Assembly (NCBI GenBank): GCA_965649265.1
Contig: CBFGKC010000004.1
Location: 122,590-186,589 of the forward strand
Direction of reading: 5' to 3'
DNA: 64,000 nt
DNA from: a candidate division WOR-3 bacterium
Lineage (GTDB): Bacteria > Hydrothermota > Tepidihabitantia > B3-TA06
Shown in pieces: positions 27,862 through 38,762 of this stretch. Numbering within the stretch: position 1 is the stretch's first letter; every line of letters begins with the position of its first letter. The position numbers and the translations under genes were made by a program. Below the pieces are notes generated by a model. The model saw only the letters and a list, made by a program, of their open reading frames with translations, was not told the DNA's origin and ran no database searches.

Positions 27862-28263
27862 ATGGGTTTCCTTGAACGCCTCAAGACTCGCGCGCGAAAA
27901 ATCAAGTGCGATACCTATGCTCTCTGGCTCGCGTACCGCCATCCTCGCACACCCTTGTATGCAAAGGTTTTTTCAGTTTGCGTTGTCGCTTATGCCCTGA
28001 GCCCCGTAGACCTCATTCCCGATTTCATACCGGTACTCGGATATCTCGACGATCTCATCCTTGTCCCTTTGGGTATCTTTCTTGCCCTCCGTATGATCCC
28101 AAGTGATGTAATGGCCGAGTGTCGTGCAAAAGCGGAGGCGGAGTCCTCAATCAAACTCAAGAAGAACTGGACGGCTGGCGCGATAATCATCCTGATCTGG
28201 TTATCTCTGCTTGCTCTTATAGGTTTCCTCGTCTGGAAAGCGTTTCCCCGTAACACCCCGTAA
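27862..28263 (+). CDS. YkvA / DUF1232 membrane protein
   Basis: YALSPVDLIPDFIPVLGYLDD. Confidence 0.92.
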   Translation: MGFLERLKTRARKIKCDTYALWLAYRHPRTPLYAKVFSVCVVAYALSPVDLIPDFIPVLGYLDDLILVPLGIFLALRMIPSDVMAECRAKAEAESSIKLKKNWTAGAIIILIWLSLLALIGFLVWKAFPRNTP

Positions 28264-28370
28264 CACCCGTAACACCCCGTACCCCTACGGGGTATTTTCA
28301 TATGCAGCTTTGTCTAAGGAAATAACACCCGTAACATCCGTAAATCCCGTAAAATCCGTAGCACCCATAA
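28247..28370 (+). repeat. Two short tandem runs of 9-10-nt CCCGTAACA-type units
   Basis: CCCCGTAACACCCCGTAACACCCGTAACACCCCGTA (28246-28281) and a degenerate run at 28323-28370. Confidence 0.75.
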
Positions 28371-28541
28371 CTCACTAATCAGCACCAGAGACAGGCTGAG
28401 TGGCGTGATACGTCTTCCGCCATCTGATCCTGTATCATTCTTAAACAAGCCTGGCAACAGCCCTTTGACATGTTTCCTGAGCCGTATATACTTCTATAAG
28501 GGGAGGGTGGTCAAAAATCTCTTAGTATGCAAGGAGGAAGA

Positions 28542-29681
28542 ATGTCAAAAAAAGGTTTTGCAATTATCTCCCTTTCCATAATCCCTCTCATGCTTTCGGC
28601 TCAGGCCGATTCGCTCTACCGGCCCATATCGGCATCGTGTGTGCCGGGAATTTCGTCAAACGGTTTCCCTGGAACCAACGTCACGACTAACTTCTCTTTC
28701 AACGTCCTCGGCGGCATCAATGCCGGAGTCGTGGGTTTCGAACTCGGTTCCCTTCTTAATATCAACGCGAAAGGTATGACAGGTTTTCAAATCTCAGGCA
28801 TCACAAACTTCACGGGAGGCAACGTCTCCGGTGTACAGATAGCTGGGGTTAACAACCTCGTGATTGGCGACGTGAACGTCGCTCACCTTGCGGGCGTTTT
28901 CAACGTCGCATTAGGAAACCTGAACGGAGCCCAGCTTGCGGGCGTTTTCAATATCGCAGGCGGGCAGGTCAATGGCGCACAGCTTGCCGGCGTTTTCAAT
29001 CTGGCCGTCGGTGGTGTCAAAGGAGCCCAGCTCGCAGGTCCTTTGAACATCTCTATCGGCGATGCGCCAGTGCAGCTCGGCGTGACTAACATCGAGACGG
29101 GCCAGACCTTTACCCAGCTGGGCGTAACCAACATCGCCATCAAATCCAGCGGTCTTCAGCTCGGCGTCTTCAACTTCGCGGCAGAGCAGGAGGGGGTCCC
29201 CATAGGAATAGTGAGTGTTGCCGGCGACGGCTGGTATCACTTGACCTTCTGGGCGGATGAGACGGCCCCCGTGAGCGTTGGCTTCAAGATGGGCTCAAAG
29301 CACATCTACAACATCTACACTTACGGCTACAATCCTCTTGGCGATACAAAGCACTCGCGATTCGGCCTCGGGCTCGGAACCCGCATACCTCTTGATCCTT
29401 TCTATGTCGATGTCGATGCGATAGCATACCAGATGAATGAAGGTGTGAGTCCCTGGGGCATCACCGGCTACAACGGTTTAAGCCAATTGCGAATCATGGC
29501 CGGTTTGAGTATCCTGCCCGGACTTAGAATCTTTGCGGGTCCCACTCTCAACGTCTGGAATTCATCCCAGTTTGACGGGGAAACCATCCCGTCCTTCGGT
29601 CTCTTCCTCGCTGATTTTGACGCTCAAGGGTTCTATACCGACATCTGGCTTGGATTCTCGCTCGGCGTAGAGGTTTTCTAG
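28542..29681 (+). CDS. Outer-membrane protein with GxQxAGxxN repeats (LA_2272-like)
   Basis: Signal peptide; 15-aa repeats GAQLAGVFN; C-terminal barrel ending GVEVF. Confidence 0.82.
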   Translation: MSKKGFAIISLSIIPLMLSAQADSLYRPISASCVPGISSNGFPGTNVTTNFSFNVLGGINAGVVGFELGSLLNINAKGMTGFQISGITNFTGGNVSGVQIAGVNNLVIGDVNVAHLAGVFNVALGNLNGAQLAGVFNIAGGQVNGAQLAGVFNLAVGGVKGAQLAGPLNISIGDAPVQLGVTNIETGQTFTQLGVTNIAIKSSGLQLGVFNFAAEQEGVPIGIVSVAGDGWYHLTFWADETAPVSVGFKMGSKHIYNIYTYGYNPLGDTKHSRFGLGLGTRIPLDPFYVDVDAIAYQMNEGVSPWGITGYNGLSQLRIMAGLSILPGLRIFAGPTLNVWNSSQFDGETIPSFGLFLADFDAQGFYTDIWLGFSLGVEVF

Positions 29682-29844
29682 TCCGCACTTGTCTGAATAG
29701 AATAATAAGCCAGTGGTTCAGTTTATTGGTATCTTAATTGCAATTCACAAGAACTTGCCGGACTCTGGGCTTGACACACCTTGTGAGAGGCTTATATTTG
29801 GATCATAGTTGCGCGAGAATAACAACAATATGTTAGGAGGATTT

Positions 29845-31881
29845 GTGGCTTCAAAAAAGCGTTTCATGAAAGCCGAAGATCTTTATGACTTTGAACTTAT
29901 CTCGGGCAACCAGCTGTCACCCGAAGGCAAATGGGTTGTCTACTCCCAGCAACGTGTAGACCGTAAGACAGAAAAGAAATACTCGAACCTATGGATAGTC
30001 CCCACCGAAAAAGAAAAGCCAAGGCAGTTCACGTACGGCAACCAGGTCGATGTATCTCCAAAATGGTCGCCTGACGGCTCCCAAATCGCTTTTCTCTCAA
30101 ACCGAGGGAACGAGCGGCAGCCGCAGATATATGTTATTTCTGTTTCAGGCGGAGAAGCCCGGCAGCTTACAAACATGGAAGGAACAATCGCATCTTTCGA
30201 GTGGTCGCCCGACGGAAAGTCGTTTGTGTTCATGTTCCGCAAGAAAGACGCCGAAATCGCAGAGATCGAAAAGGACGAACGCAAGAAGAAACTGGGCGTC
30301 GTGGCCCGGCACTTTACGCGTGTCTTCTTTAAGGATAACGACGAGGGCTTTCTGCCAAAGGAACACTGGCATATCTGGATCGCCGACGCGAAATCGGGCA
30401 AGGCGAAGCCGCTCACGGAAGGCGATTTCTACGACGAATTCTTGCCCCAGTTTTCACCCGACTCGAAGCGCGTTATTTTCTGCTCAAATCGCGCCAAGGA
30501 CCCCGATTTCGACGTTGACGCGATCGATATCTATGTTGTTCCGGCAAAGGGAGGAAAGCTTACAAAGATACCTACGCCGTATGGATTCAAGGCATCGCCT
30601 GTTTTCTCTCACGACGGTAAAATGATCGCTTACGTAGGCAAGGAAGGCCGCGGTCAGTGGTGGAAGCAGACACGCATGTGGGTGGTCTCTGCCGACGGTA
30701 AAGGCAAGGCTCGTTCGCTCACCGCTCGCCACGACTTCAATGTCTCCGCCTGGACGATAAACGATTTGGGGCACATAGAGCAGTCGCCGCCGACTTGGTC
30801 GTCTGACTCCGGCAAACTCTATTTCCAGGTTGCCCACCACGGCTCGACACTTCTAAAATCTGTCGACCTCTCTGGAAAAATAGAGGACATCATTAACTGG
30901 CAGGGTGTTGTCGGTGCATTCCAGTTTTCCAAAGATTTCGAGAAGCTTTCCTATTTCTTCGGCAACATGTTCGATCCCGGACAGATATGGGTCAAGGATA
31001 AGAAATCCGTAAAACCCAGAAAACTGACTGAAGCCAACAAGAAAATCCTGGAGTCCGTGAATTTCGGAAAGGTCGAGGAACTGTGGTTCCGGGATGCCGA
31101 TAACACCATGGACCTTCAGGGTTGGGTAATACATCCCCCGGATTTCGACCCGAAAAAGAAGTATCCCTCCATCCTCGAAATCCACGGCGGACCCAGGGTG
31201 CCGTACGGCAATTTCATGATGCACGAGTTCTTCTTCCTCGCTGCACAGGGCTACGTCGTCTACTTCTCTAACCCGCGCGGCGGGCAGGGCTACGGCGAAA
31301 AGCACTCGAAGGCCATATGGAACGACTGGGGAAACAAGGATTACATCGATCTCATGAAATGGGCTGACTTGATCTCCCGAAGACCCTATATCGACCCAAA
31401 GAAGATGGGCGTCACTGGCGGTTCCTACGGCGGTTTCATGACCAACTGGATAATCGGACACACTGACCGTTTCGCCGCCGCAGTCACCCAGCGCTCGGTC
31501 TCAAACCTCATCTCCATGTGGGGCTCTTCGGACGGCAACTGGGTCTTCGAGTTGGAATTCGGTGAGCGTTCACCTTTCGAGAACGTGGCCAACTACTGGA
31601 GGCAGTCGCCCATGAAATACATCGGCAATGCGAAAACGCCCACGCTCGTGGTCCATTCCGAGAACGACTTTCGCTGCGCGATTGAGCAAGGTGAACAGGT
31701 ATTCGTCGCCCTGAAAAAACTGGGCGTGCCGACCGAGATGGTCCGCTTTCCTGACGAAACGCACGAGCTTTCGCGCTCGGGACGTACCGACCGCAGAATC
31801 GCACGTCTCAATCACATCCTTCGCTGGTTCGATATCTATCTCAAGGGAAAGAAGGAAGAGCCGAAGAAAGTCAAACGCTGA
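29845..31881 (+). CDS. S9 family peptidase (acylaminoacyl / dipeptidyl peptidase)
   Basis: WSPDG propeller repeats; IHGGP; GGSYGG nucleophile; D.RC; E.HELSRSG. Confidence 0.95.
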   Translation: MASKKRFMKAEDLYDFELISGNQLSPEGKWVVYSQQRVDRKTEKKYSNLWIVPTEKEKPRQFTYGNQVDVSPKWSPDGSQIAFLSNRGNERQPQIYVISVSGGEARQLTNMEGTIASFEWSPDGKSFVFMFRKKDAEIAEIEKDERKKKLGVVARHFTRVFFKDNDEGFLPKEHWHIWIADAKSGKAKPLTEGDFYDEFLPQFSPDSKRVIFCSNRAKDPDFDVDAIDIYVVPAKGGKLTKIPTPYGFKASPVFSHDGKMIAYVGKEGRGQWWKQTRMWVVSADGKGKARSLTARHDFNVSAWTINDLGHIEQSPPTWSSDSGKLYFQVAHHGSTLLKSVDLSGKIEDIINWQGVVGAFQFSKDFEKLSYFFGNMFDPGQIWVKDKKSVKPRKLTEANKKILESVNFGKVEELWFRDADNTMDLQGWVIHPPDFDPKKKYPSILEIHGGPRVPYGNFMMHEFFFLAAQGYVVYFSNPRGGQGYGEKHSKAIWNDWGNKDYIDLMKWADLISRRPYIDPKKMGVTGGSYGGFMTNWIIGHTDRFAAAVTQRSVSNLISMWGSSDGNWVFELEFGERSPFENVANYWRQSPMKYIGNAKTPTLVVHSENDFRCAIEQGEQVFVALKKLGVPTEMVRFPDETHELSRSGRTDRRIARLNHILRWFDIYLKGKKEEPKKVKR

Positions 31882-32033
31882 CTGTCAAGGTCGATAGGCG
31901 CACTCGGCGATAAAGAGAATTCTTAAAGATGGTTCTTTCCTTGGCGTCGATTGCGCATCTTAGATTGCGCTTTTTTGGCTTGACACCACAGGATATTAGA
32001 GTATAACTCATCCCTCATAAATTTTGTGGAGGA

Positions 32034-32939
32034 ATGATTATGAGACCGGAATTTCCTGATTTCAAAAGGCTTGAACTCGAGGATAGAGATATCATAAAGA
32101 AAGTATTGTGGAGTTATCAGCCGCAAGTCTCGGAGATGACCTTCACGAATCTCTTCATCTGGCGCAAGCATTACAATCCTCGCTGGTCCATGTATCACGA
32201 GCATCTCATCCTTGTTGCCGAGACCGAGGCAAGGCAGCCTTTTGGTTTTACGCCGATAGGTTCTGAAACTAGGGCGGAGGGAGTGCTCATGCTCTTTCAC
32301 TGGCTCAAGGATATGGGTATCGAAAACCCGCATATAGAGCGCGCCGACTCGAGGCTTGTCCAGGAACTCAGGGAATCCAACATTTTCTCGATAGAACCTT
32401 TAAGGGAGCACTACGACTACGTCTATTCCCGCAAGGAGCTTGCAGAGCTTTCGGGTAACAGGTATCACTCCAAAAAGAATCACATCAACTCCTTCGTGAA
32501 GAACAACTCCTTCAGCTTCGAACTGCTGGAACCTGGCCACATAGAATCCTGTCTTGAAATGACCGAAGCCTGGTGCACAATGCGTCGCTGCGAGGACGAT
32601 TTAAGCCTCATGGAAGAATGGGAAGCCACTCGAGAAGTGTTGACCAATTTTGATTATTTGAACCTTATCGGCGGAGTCATTAAGATCGACGACAAGGTCG
32701 AGGCCTTTTCGCTCGGGGAACTTCTGAATCATGATACGGTCGTCGTCCACATAGAAAAAGCTAACCCTGAAATTCGCGGTCTTTACGCATTGATAAACCA
32801 GCAGTGCTCTGAAAAGGCATGGGGGGACGTCAGCTTCGTCAACCGTGAACAGGATTTAGGAAACGAAGGCCTCAGACAAGCCAAGCTTTCCTACCATCCT
32901 GTCAAACTCGTCGAGAAATACAGAATAAGATTAATGTAA
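32034..32939 (+). CDS. DUF2156 (aminoacyl-phosphatidylglycerol transferase-like) protein
   Basis: DYVY...L.G..Y..KKNH.N.F; HIEKA; NREQDLG.EGLR.AKLSY.P. Confidence 0.88.
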   Translation: MIMRPEFPDFKRLELEDRDIIKKVLWSYQPQVSEMTFTNLFIWRKHYNPRWSMYHEHLILVAETEARQPFGFTPIGSETRAEGVLMLFHWLKDMGIENPHIERADSRLVQELRESNIFSIEPLREHYDYVYSRKELAELSGNRYHSKKNHINSFVKNNSFSFELLEPGHIESCLEMTEAWCTMRRCEDDLSLMEEWEATREVLTNFDYLNLIGGVIKIDDKVEAFSLGELLNHDTVVVHIEKANPEIRGLYALINQQCSEKAWGDVSFVNREQDLGNEGLRQAKLSYHPVKLVEKYRIRLM

Positions 32940-32941
32940 AC

Positions 32942-33015
32942 CCCAGCCCTCCTCAGCCCTCCTCAGCCCTTTTCGGCTTCCCTCAGCTCCCCTTAGTCCT
33001 CTCAACTTCCCTCGA
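32942..33015 (+). repeat. Pyrimidine-rich short tandem repeat (CAGCCCTCCT-like)
   Basis: CAGCCCTCCTCAGCCCTCCTCAGCCCT followed by degenerate units. Confidence 0.6.
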
Positions 33016-33293
33016 CCGTCTCGGCCATCTTCTCAGAATCCTTCGTGACATCTCCCGGATTTTGCTTTTTCATTTAAGACAAAAAGAAGTGTTTCCAGAG
33101 AGCATCCTGCCCTAAATCGTTCCGCCGGTATAGGCTGTAGACGATTGCCGCTTGAATGCGCTTTTCCGTTTCGCGGACTCGTTTCTTCTTCTTGCCACCC
33201 TTCCCTTGAAAGGGATTGAAGAAGTAAGCGAACTTGACACACAAAAGATTTATACTATAGTAGTATGAAATAAAACCTAGCTGGAGAATCAAT

Positions 33294-33575
33294 ATGGAAA
33301 TAAAACATGTCCAGGGAAGGTTAAAGGGCAAAATAATGCTTTACGCGCTTTCAACTTGCGGGTGGTGCCGAAAGACGAAAGCAATCCTTAACGAGTCCGG
33401 GGTCGATTACTACTTTGTAGATGTCGATCTTCTGACCCCTGATGAAAAGGATACGGTCACGGAAGAGGTCAAGAAATGCAATCCTTCGTGCACGTTTCCG
33501 ACCATCGTGGTTAATGACGGTGAGCGCTGTATACGTGGATTCAAGGAAGACGAGATAAGGGAGATTTCCGCCTGA
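33294..33575 (+). CDS. Glutaredoxin-like protein
   Basis: LSTCGWC active site; TFPTI; GF. Confidence 0.9.
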   Translation: MEIKHVQGRLKGKIMLYALSTCGWCRKTKAILNESGVDYYFVDVDLLTPDEKDTVTEEVKKCNPSCTFPTIVVNDGERCIRGFKEDEIREISA

Positions 33576-34093
33576 TGGCCGAAGAGTCAATCTCAAAGAA
33601 AGAACAGATCAACAAAGTATATGAAAGGTTGAATCGCGAGGCGGAGGAGGGGGGGTACCACCTGAATCCCGATATCGAGTTTGCGAAGATGTTGATCGAA
33701 GGGCTCCTGACTAACGAAGTGCGCTATGGTTACTGGAATTGCCCGTGCAGGCTTGCTGCAGGCATCAAGGAAGAAGACGTTGACATGATCTGCCCATGTG
33801 ATTACAGGGACGCCGATCTCGATGAATTCGGTTCGTGCTACTGTGCCCTTTACGTTTCCACCTCTATCCTTAAGGGCGATAAAAAGGCCGAGTCCATACC
33901 GGAGCGCCGACCGGCACGGGAGGAACGCCAGCAGTTCAAGAAACCAACGATCGCCAGTAATCTTTTGCAGGTCTCCCTCTCCAAACCCGTCTGGCGCTGC
34001 AAGGTGTGCGGCTACCTTTGTGCACGCGACGAACCGCCCGAGATTTGTCCAATCTGCAAGGCAAAAAAAGAGCGCTTCGAAAGATTCATTTAG
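33575..34093 (+). CDS. Ferredoxin:thioredoxin / disulfide reductase catalytic domain fused to rubredoxin
   Basis: CPC, CPC and CYC motifs; C-terminal WRCKVCG...CPIC. Confidence 0.9.
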   Translation: MAEESISKKEQINKVYERLNREAEEGGYHLNPDIEFAKMLIEGLLTNEVRYGYWNCPCRLAAGIKEEDVDMICPCDYRDADLDEFGSCYCALYVSTSILKGDKKAESIPERRPAREERQQFKKPTIASNLLQVSLSKPVWRCKVCGYLCARDEPPEICPICKAKKERFERFI

Positions 34094-34181
34094 CGCTCCT
34101 TCTGTGCAGCACGCAAAAGATCGCAGCGAAAATCAAGAAAATTTTATGTTGACAGGCATGGAATTTCTATCAAAATAAGTC

Positions 34182-34997
34182 GTGAACAACAATAAAAGCC
34201 GCAAGCCAACAAAAAAGAATCCGACGCGTCGACTCTACGATAATCCTCTTTATTACGAGATAGCTTTCTCGTTTCGCGACATACCTAAAGAAGTAGACGT
34301 TTTCGAGGAGTGCATCCGGAGGTACTCACTGATACCGGTAAAAACGATGCTCGAACTAGCGTGCGGCCAGGCACCGCATCTTGCAGAGATCGCCAAAAGA
34401 GGGTATTGGTACGCTGGTATCGATCTTTCGCAGAAGATGCTCGATTTCGCGGCGAGAAGAATACCTGATAAGGCTAAGGCAGACCTTATCCTCGGCGACA
34501 TTGTGAACTTCAACCTTGAGACAAAAGTAGATTTCGCCTTTATACTCCTTGGTTCTCTTTATGCAAGAAACTCGAAAGACATAGACAGGCACTTCGACTG
34601 CGTCGGTAGAGCTTTAAGAAAAGGCGGTCTTTACCTTCTTGACTGGTGTGTGGAATTCGAGCCAGTTGCATCAAAGAATCCAGAAGACACATGGGTGCTC
34701 GAACGAGACGGAGTAAAGGTCACGACCAGTGTTTGCTACGAGCCTTTAAGCAACGTCGAACAAACCTTCGTTGAAACTATCGCGCTCGACGTAGACGATC
34801 ACGAGAAAAGAATCCATCTTGAGCAGAATGCCGTTCGCAGGGTCATATACCCGCAGGAGTTTCTGAGAATAATCGGTTCTCGCAGTGATTTTGAATTCGT
34901 GGGCTGGTGGAAGAACTGGGATCTTGAATATCCATTGAAGGCCTGGCCGTCATCGTTGAAGATAGACAGGCCCATTGCCCTGATCCGACGCATATGA
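34182..34997 (+). CDS. Class I SAM-dependent methyltransferase
   Basis: LELACG; GIDLS..ML; LRKGG. Confidence 0.85.
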   Translation: MNNNKSRKPTKKNPTRRLYDNPLYYEIAFSFRDIPKEVDVFEECIRRYSLIPVKTMLELACGQAPHLAEIAKRGYWYAGIDLSQKMLDFAARRIPDKAKADLILGDIVNFNLETKVDFAFILLGSLYARNSKDIDRHFDCVGRALRKGGLYLLDWCVEFEPVASKNPEDTWVLERDGVKVTTSVCYEPLSNVEQTFVETIALDVDDHEKRIHLEQNAVRRVIYPQEFLRIIGSRSDFEFVGWWKNWDLEYPLKAWPSSLKIDRPIALIRRI

Positions 34998-35077
34998 TTG
35001 TATCCCTGTATTGACAAAGCGTCGATTCCCGGATAGAGTCTGCAAGTAAAAATCAATTGATGCCCAAGGAGGTTTGC

Positions 35078-35785
35078 GTGAAAAAAACACTGATCATTGC
35101 AATTACGTTCTTTTTTATGCTTCCAGCGTGCAATCCGACACCCGAACCAAAACATGTGCACTTCATGCATCAGTCGACGGGCGGTAATATAATCGACGAC
35201 CACGACGGTGTTGCCGAACATCCTGATCCCGATTACGGGCTCAAGACCCTTCTGGAGAATGCAGGCTTTACGTTTACCGAGAACTGGATGGATGACTCCT
35301 ATCCGACTTCCATTGCAGGATACATTGCGAACGGCGGCTCCAACTTCCCATACAGTGCCAGGAGTGCGGGTATTCTTCTTTTCAAGTCATGCTACTATCC
35401 GATAGACGGTCTAACCTCCGACGAGGAGCTTGATAAATGGAAACAGGCATACATTGAAAAGATCATCCCGTATGCCAAAGATCATCCCGGTCAGATTCTC
35501 GTTGCAATGCCCGCGGTTCCCTATCGCAAGGATGACTGCCCCGAGGAGAACCACGACCGCGCTCGAGTCTGGGCAAACTGGCTTAAGGGAGAGTTCCTTG
35601 ACTCATGTCATGCTCATGGTGCAGATAATGTGAAGAGTTTCGATCTCTTCGATATCTGGGCGTACCCCGACAGCAACTGGCGCAAGGTAGAGTACTGTCA
35701 GACCGATGACCCTCATCCCAACGCATACGCCTCTCTCGTTATGGCCGACTCGATGGCCGCCTTCATTACCGGGCTGGGCGAATGA
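35078..35785 (+). CDS. Lipoprotein, possibly SGNH-hydrolase-like
   Basis: GTG start with AAGGAGG SD; lipobox LPAC; HQSTG, FKSCY and DPHPN motifs. Confidence 0.7.
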   Translation: MKKTLIIAITFFFMLPACNPTPEPKHVHFMHQSTGGNIIDDHDGVAEHPDPDYGLKTLLENAGFTFTENWMDDSYPTSIAGYIANGGSNFPYSARSAGILLFKSCYYPIDGLTSDEELDKWKQAYIEKIIPYAKDHPGQILVAMPAVPYRKDDCPEENHDRARVWANWLKGEFLDSCHAHGADNVKSFDLFDIWAYPDSNWRKVEYCQTDDPHPNAYASLVMADSMAAFITGLGE

Positions 35786-35824
35786 GTTCTATCCTGTTTA
35801 TGATTTATCTTTAAAGAGCGAAGC

Positions 35825-36784
35825 ATGATGTTGCTCGAGAAAGAACCATCGCCGGGGCTTTTGAGGTTAATTGTGAATGGGGTAAACTACGTTTACTCGT
35901 CAGAAGGTCTTCTTGAAGAGAAGGAAGGGAAGGAAACCTTCTGGCCCGCCTGCAATTATCCGAAAACGACAAAGGGTTTTATGAACACTGACGACACCTC
36001 ATTCTGGGTCGAGGAGGAGGGCGAGGGTGAACCTCTGATTCTAGTTCACGGCGGGCCCGGTGTCGATCACAGGTATTTTCACCCGTGTCTCTCTACGCTT
36101 GCCGTTAAACAAAGACTTATCTACTATGATCTGAGAGGACACGGCATGTCCCGGGAATCGTCGCCAGCCAGGCCGCATGGAGTCATGCGTGATGCTGATG
36201 ATCTGGAAGCCCTGCGGATCGCCATGGGACTTGGTCAAATCGATCTCTTCGGTCACTCTTACGGCGGGCACGTTGTTCTCGCATACGCGCAGAAGTACCC
36301 TTTGAATGTCAGGAACATTATCCTCGTGAGCGTACCCCTCGGCGAGACGGACGAGGATATCGACAGGAGAGTGGAATCGGCACCAATAACAAGGAAGATG
36401 GAGGAAGCCGAGTCGGAAGAGGAGTACGATAAGCTCTACTACGAGTTCTATTATCACAAACCGCCGCCTGCAGATGTTATTCGTTTCAACAAGCTTTCTA
36501 TGGAATCTTATAATACCGAAAAGAACAAAGCCCTGCTCAAATCCTATGAAAACGACAAGACTTCTCTCGACTTAAAAACCATCTTTACCGACCTTGCACT
36601 TCCCGTATTCATCATCGCGGGGAAGCATGATTTGATAGTCAATGTCGAAGCAATCGGAGAAGTAATCGCAGATTCGAGGAACGTTGAGTTCCAGATATAT
36701 GGAGAAAGCGGGCATGACCCGTTTGTCGACGAACAAGAAAGATTCGCCAAAGACGTTAACCGTTTCCTGTCAAGGGGCGATTAA
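35825..36784 (+). CDS. Alpha/beta hydrolase (proline iminopeptidase-like)
   Basis: HGGPG; YDLRGHG.S; GHSYGG; SGH.P. Confidence 0.88.
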   Translation: MMLLEKEPSPGLLRLIVNGVNYVYSSEGLLEEKEGKETFWPACNYPKTTKGFMNTDDTSFWVEEEGEGEPLILVHGGPGVDHRYFHPCLSTLAVKQRLIYYDLRGHGMSRESSPARPHGVMRDADDLEALRIAMGLGQIDLFGHSYGGHVVLAYAQKYPLNVRNIILVSVPLGETDEDIDRRVESAPITRKMEEAESEEEYDKLYYEFYYHKPPPADVIRFNKLSMESYNTEKNKALLKSYENDKTSLDLKTIFTDLALPVFIIAGKHDLIVNVEAIGEVIADSRNVEFQIYGESGHDPFVDEQERFAKDVNRFLSRGD

Positions 36785-37735
36785 ATGTTAAGACATAGCT
36801 TCCATTCAGTTCTGTTCGTCCTTCTTTTTTCTCTCGTATCCTGTGTTTCAGGATGGACGTTTCGAGACTATTTGAAAGGCTCGATGCGTTTCGACTGCCT
36901 GAGGCGAACCTGGCTTTTGCACTTGCCAAAAGGGTTCGATAAGTCGAAGTCGCTTCCGCTCGTATTCGTCCTTCACGGCGGGGGAGGAAGGGCAAAGGGC
37001 ATGATTGATCTCACCCAGGGAGGTTTTAACGGACTCGCAGACAGGGAAGGTTTCATAGTATGCTATCCTCAGGGCGTGGACAAGCACTGGAACGACGGGA
37101 GACCCGGAGCCACGAGCCGGGCGGCAAAGGAAGATATAGACGACGTAGGCTTCATCTCCGCGTTAATCGATCGCCTCGTGAAAAACCTCAACGTTGATCC
37201 GAAACGGGTCTACGTTACGGGGATGTCAAACGGCGCAATGATGTCCCACAGACTGGGTTGGGAACTATCTTCAAAAATCGCGGCGATCGCTCCTGTTGCC
37301 GGTGCCATGCCGGCCAATCTTGCAGAAAGGTCTGCAAAAAAAGTTCCGATATCCGTTCTTGCCATCTCAGGCACGGATGACCCTCTTGTTCCCTATCAAG
37401 GGGGGGAGGTCCACCTCTACGCGAAGGAACTTGGCAGGGTACTATCGGTACAGAAATCGGTCGAGCTGTGGGTCGAACGAAACCGCTGCTCAAAAACACC
37501 CGAAGTCTCACCGCTGCCTGATGTTGATAAAAGCGATGGTGCCAAGGTAACTAGAGAAACATACTCAGGCGGCGCACAAGGCTCGGAGGTCGTGCTCTAC
37601 ACAATCCAGGGCGGCGGCCATACCTGGCCGGGCGGGGTGCAGTACCTTTCGGAAAAAATAATAGGTAAGACATGTCGTGATATCGATGCGAACACAGTGA
37701 TCTGGAATTTTTTTAAAAAACACGTAAAAGAATAG
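36785..37735 (+). CDS. Secreted LpqC / PHB-depolymerase-like esterase
   Basis: LHGGGG; DDVGF; GMSNG; GGGHTWPG; N-terminal signal. Confidence 0.9.
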   Translation: MLRHSFHSVLFVLLFSLVSCVSGWTFRDYLKGSMRFDCLRRTWLLHLPKGFDKSKSLPLVFVLHGGGGRAKGMIDLTQGGFNGLADREGFIVCYPQGVDKHWNDGRPGATSRAAKEDIDDVGFISALIDRLVKNLNVDPKRVYVTGMSNGAMMSHRLGWELSSKIAAIAPVAGAMPANLAERSAKKVPISVLAISGTDDPLVPYQGGEVHLYAKELGRVLSVQKSVELWVERNRCSKTPEVSPLPDVDKSDGAKVTRETYSGGAQGSEVVLYTIQGGGHTWPGGVQYLSEKIIGKTCRDIDANTVIWNFFKKHVKE

Positions 37736-37766
37736 TCCTTAATAAAGTTTGATAAAAGGAGGTCGT

Positions 37767-38762
37767 ATGTCACGCTCGATTGTCGGAGCCGTATCCGATA
37801 TTCGCAAGCGTATAGCTTCTCTCGATCTTCTGCGCGGTCTCGCGATATTGCTCATGATCGTCGTCAACTCTCTATTCGATTACCCGGCTGTCCCTTCCTG
37901 GCTCAAGCATGCTCCGTGGAACGGTTACACAATCTCCGATATCGTGGCACCCATGTTTCTTTTTTCCATCGGCATTTCCTACAGTCTCTCGTTCAACAAG
38001 CGTCGAAATAGCCAGGGCACTGCAAAGACGATACTTCATTTCGTAATCCGGTATGTAGTTCTTTTCTGCTTCGGTTTCTTTGGTGAATGGGCGGTACTCG
38101 GAAAAATAGGGTGGGGGGTACTCACAATGATAGGCGCGGTCGGTATCTACTCGCTCGTATTCATGTTCATCGGACCCGCGCTCAGGGTTGTGCTTGCAGC
38201 CGTACCCTTGATAGCATACCAGGCGCTGGTTTCGTTCGGGATACCTGTGCTTATTTTCGTGGACGGAGGACTCGGCGGGACGACAGCCACCGTTGCCTGG
38301 GGCTTCATCGTCATCCTGGCATCGGCAATAGGAAATTGGACTCACAGGTCTCCTGAGGTCCCAGATGAGAACTCGAATCACAAGAGGATGTCGCTCGTTC
38401 TCGGAATCTGGGGAGCGGCACTTACCGTTCTCGGTATATCCTTATCTTTCCTCATTTTCTTCAACAAGCATCTGGTCTCAGTCTCTTACATTCTATTCTC
38501 TTCAGGCGTTAGTGCACTTACTATGCTCCTCTTCTATCTACTTGCCGATATATGGCACTGGAAGATTCCTCTGCTAGGCATCATTGGCCGCAACGCACTC
38601 GTTCTTTACATCCTGAGCAATCTCCTCATACTTGCCCTGAACGCAATTGTTCCCTTGAACGCCGCTTTGCTCTGGGTAATAGTCGGCACGACTGCCGTTG
38701 TAGGACTATGCATCGGCGTCGGACTCTTTCTCGACTGGCGCAAGTGGTTTGTAAGATTATAG
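37767..38762 (+). CDS. HGSNAT-like membrane acyltransferase
   Basis: RIASLDLLRG...HAPWNG.T..D.V.P.F; NKHL.S; G.NAL..Y. Confidence 0.85.
   Translation: MSRSIVGAVSDIRKRIASLDLLRGLAILLMIVVNSLFDYPAVPSWLKHAPWNGYTISDIVAPMFLFSIGISYSLSFNKRRNSQGTAKTILHFVIRYVVLFCFGFFGEWAVLGKIGWGVLTMIGAVGIYSLVFMFIGPALRVVLAAVPLIAYQALVSFGIPVLIFVDGGLGGTTATVAWGFIVILASAIGNWTHRSPEVPDENSNHKRMSLVLGIWGAALTVLGISLSFLIFFNKHLVSVSYILFSSGVSALTMLLFYLLADIWHWKIPLLGIIGRNALVLYILSNLLILALNAIVPLNAALLWVIVGTTAVVGLCIGVGLFLDWRKWFVRL

Noticed and set aside
28247-28370. CRISPR array
   Set aside because: Units are 9-10 nt with no unique spacers, and no cas genes are present.
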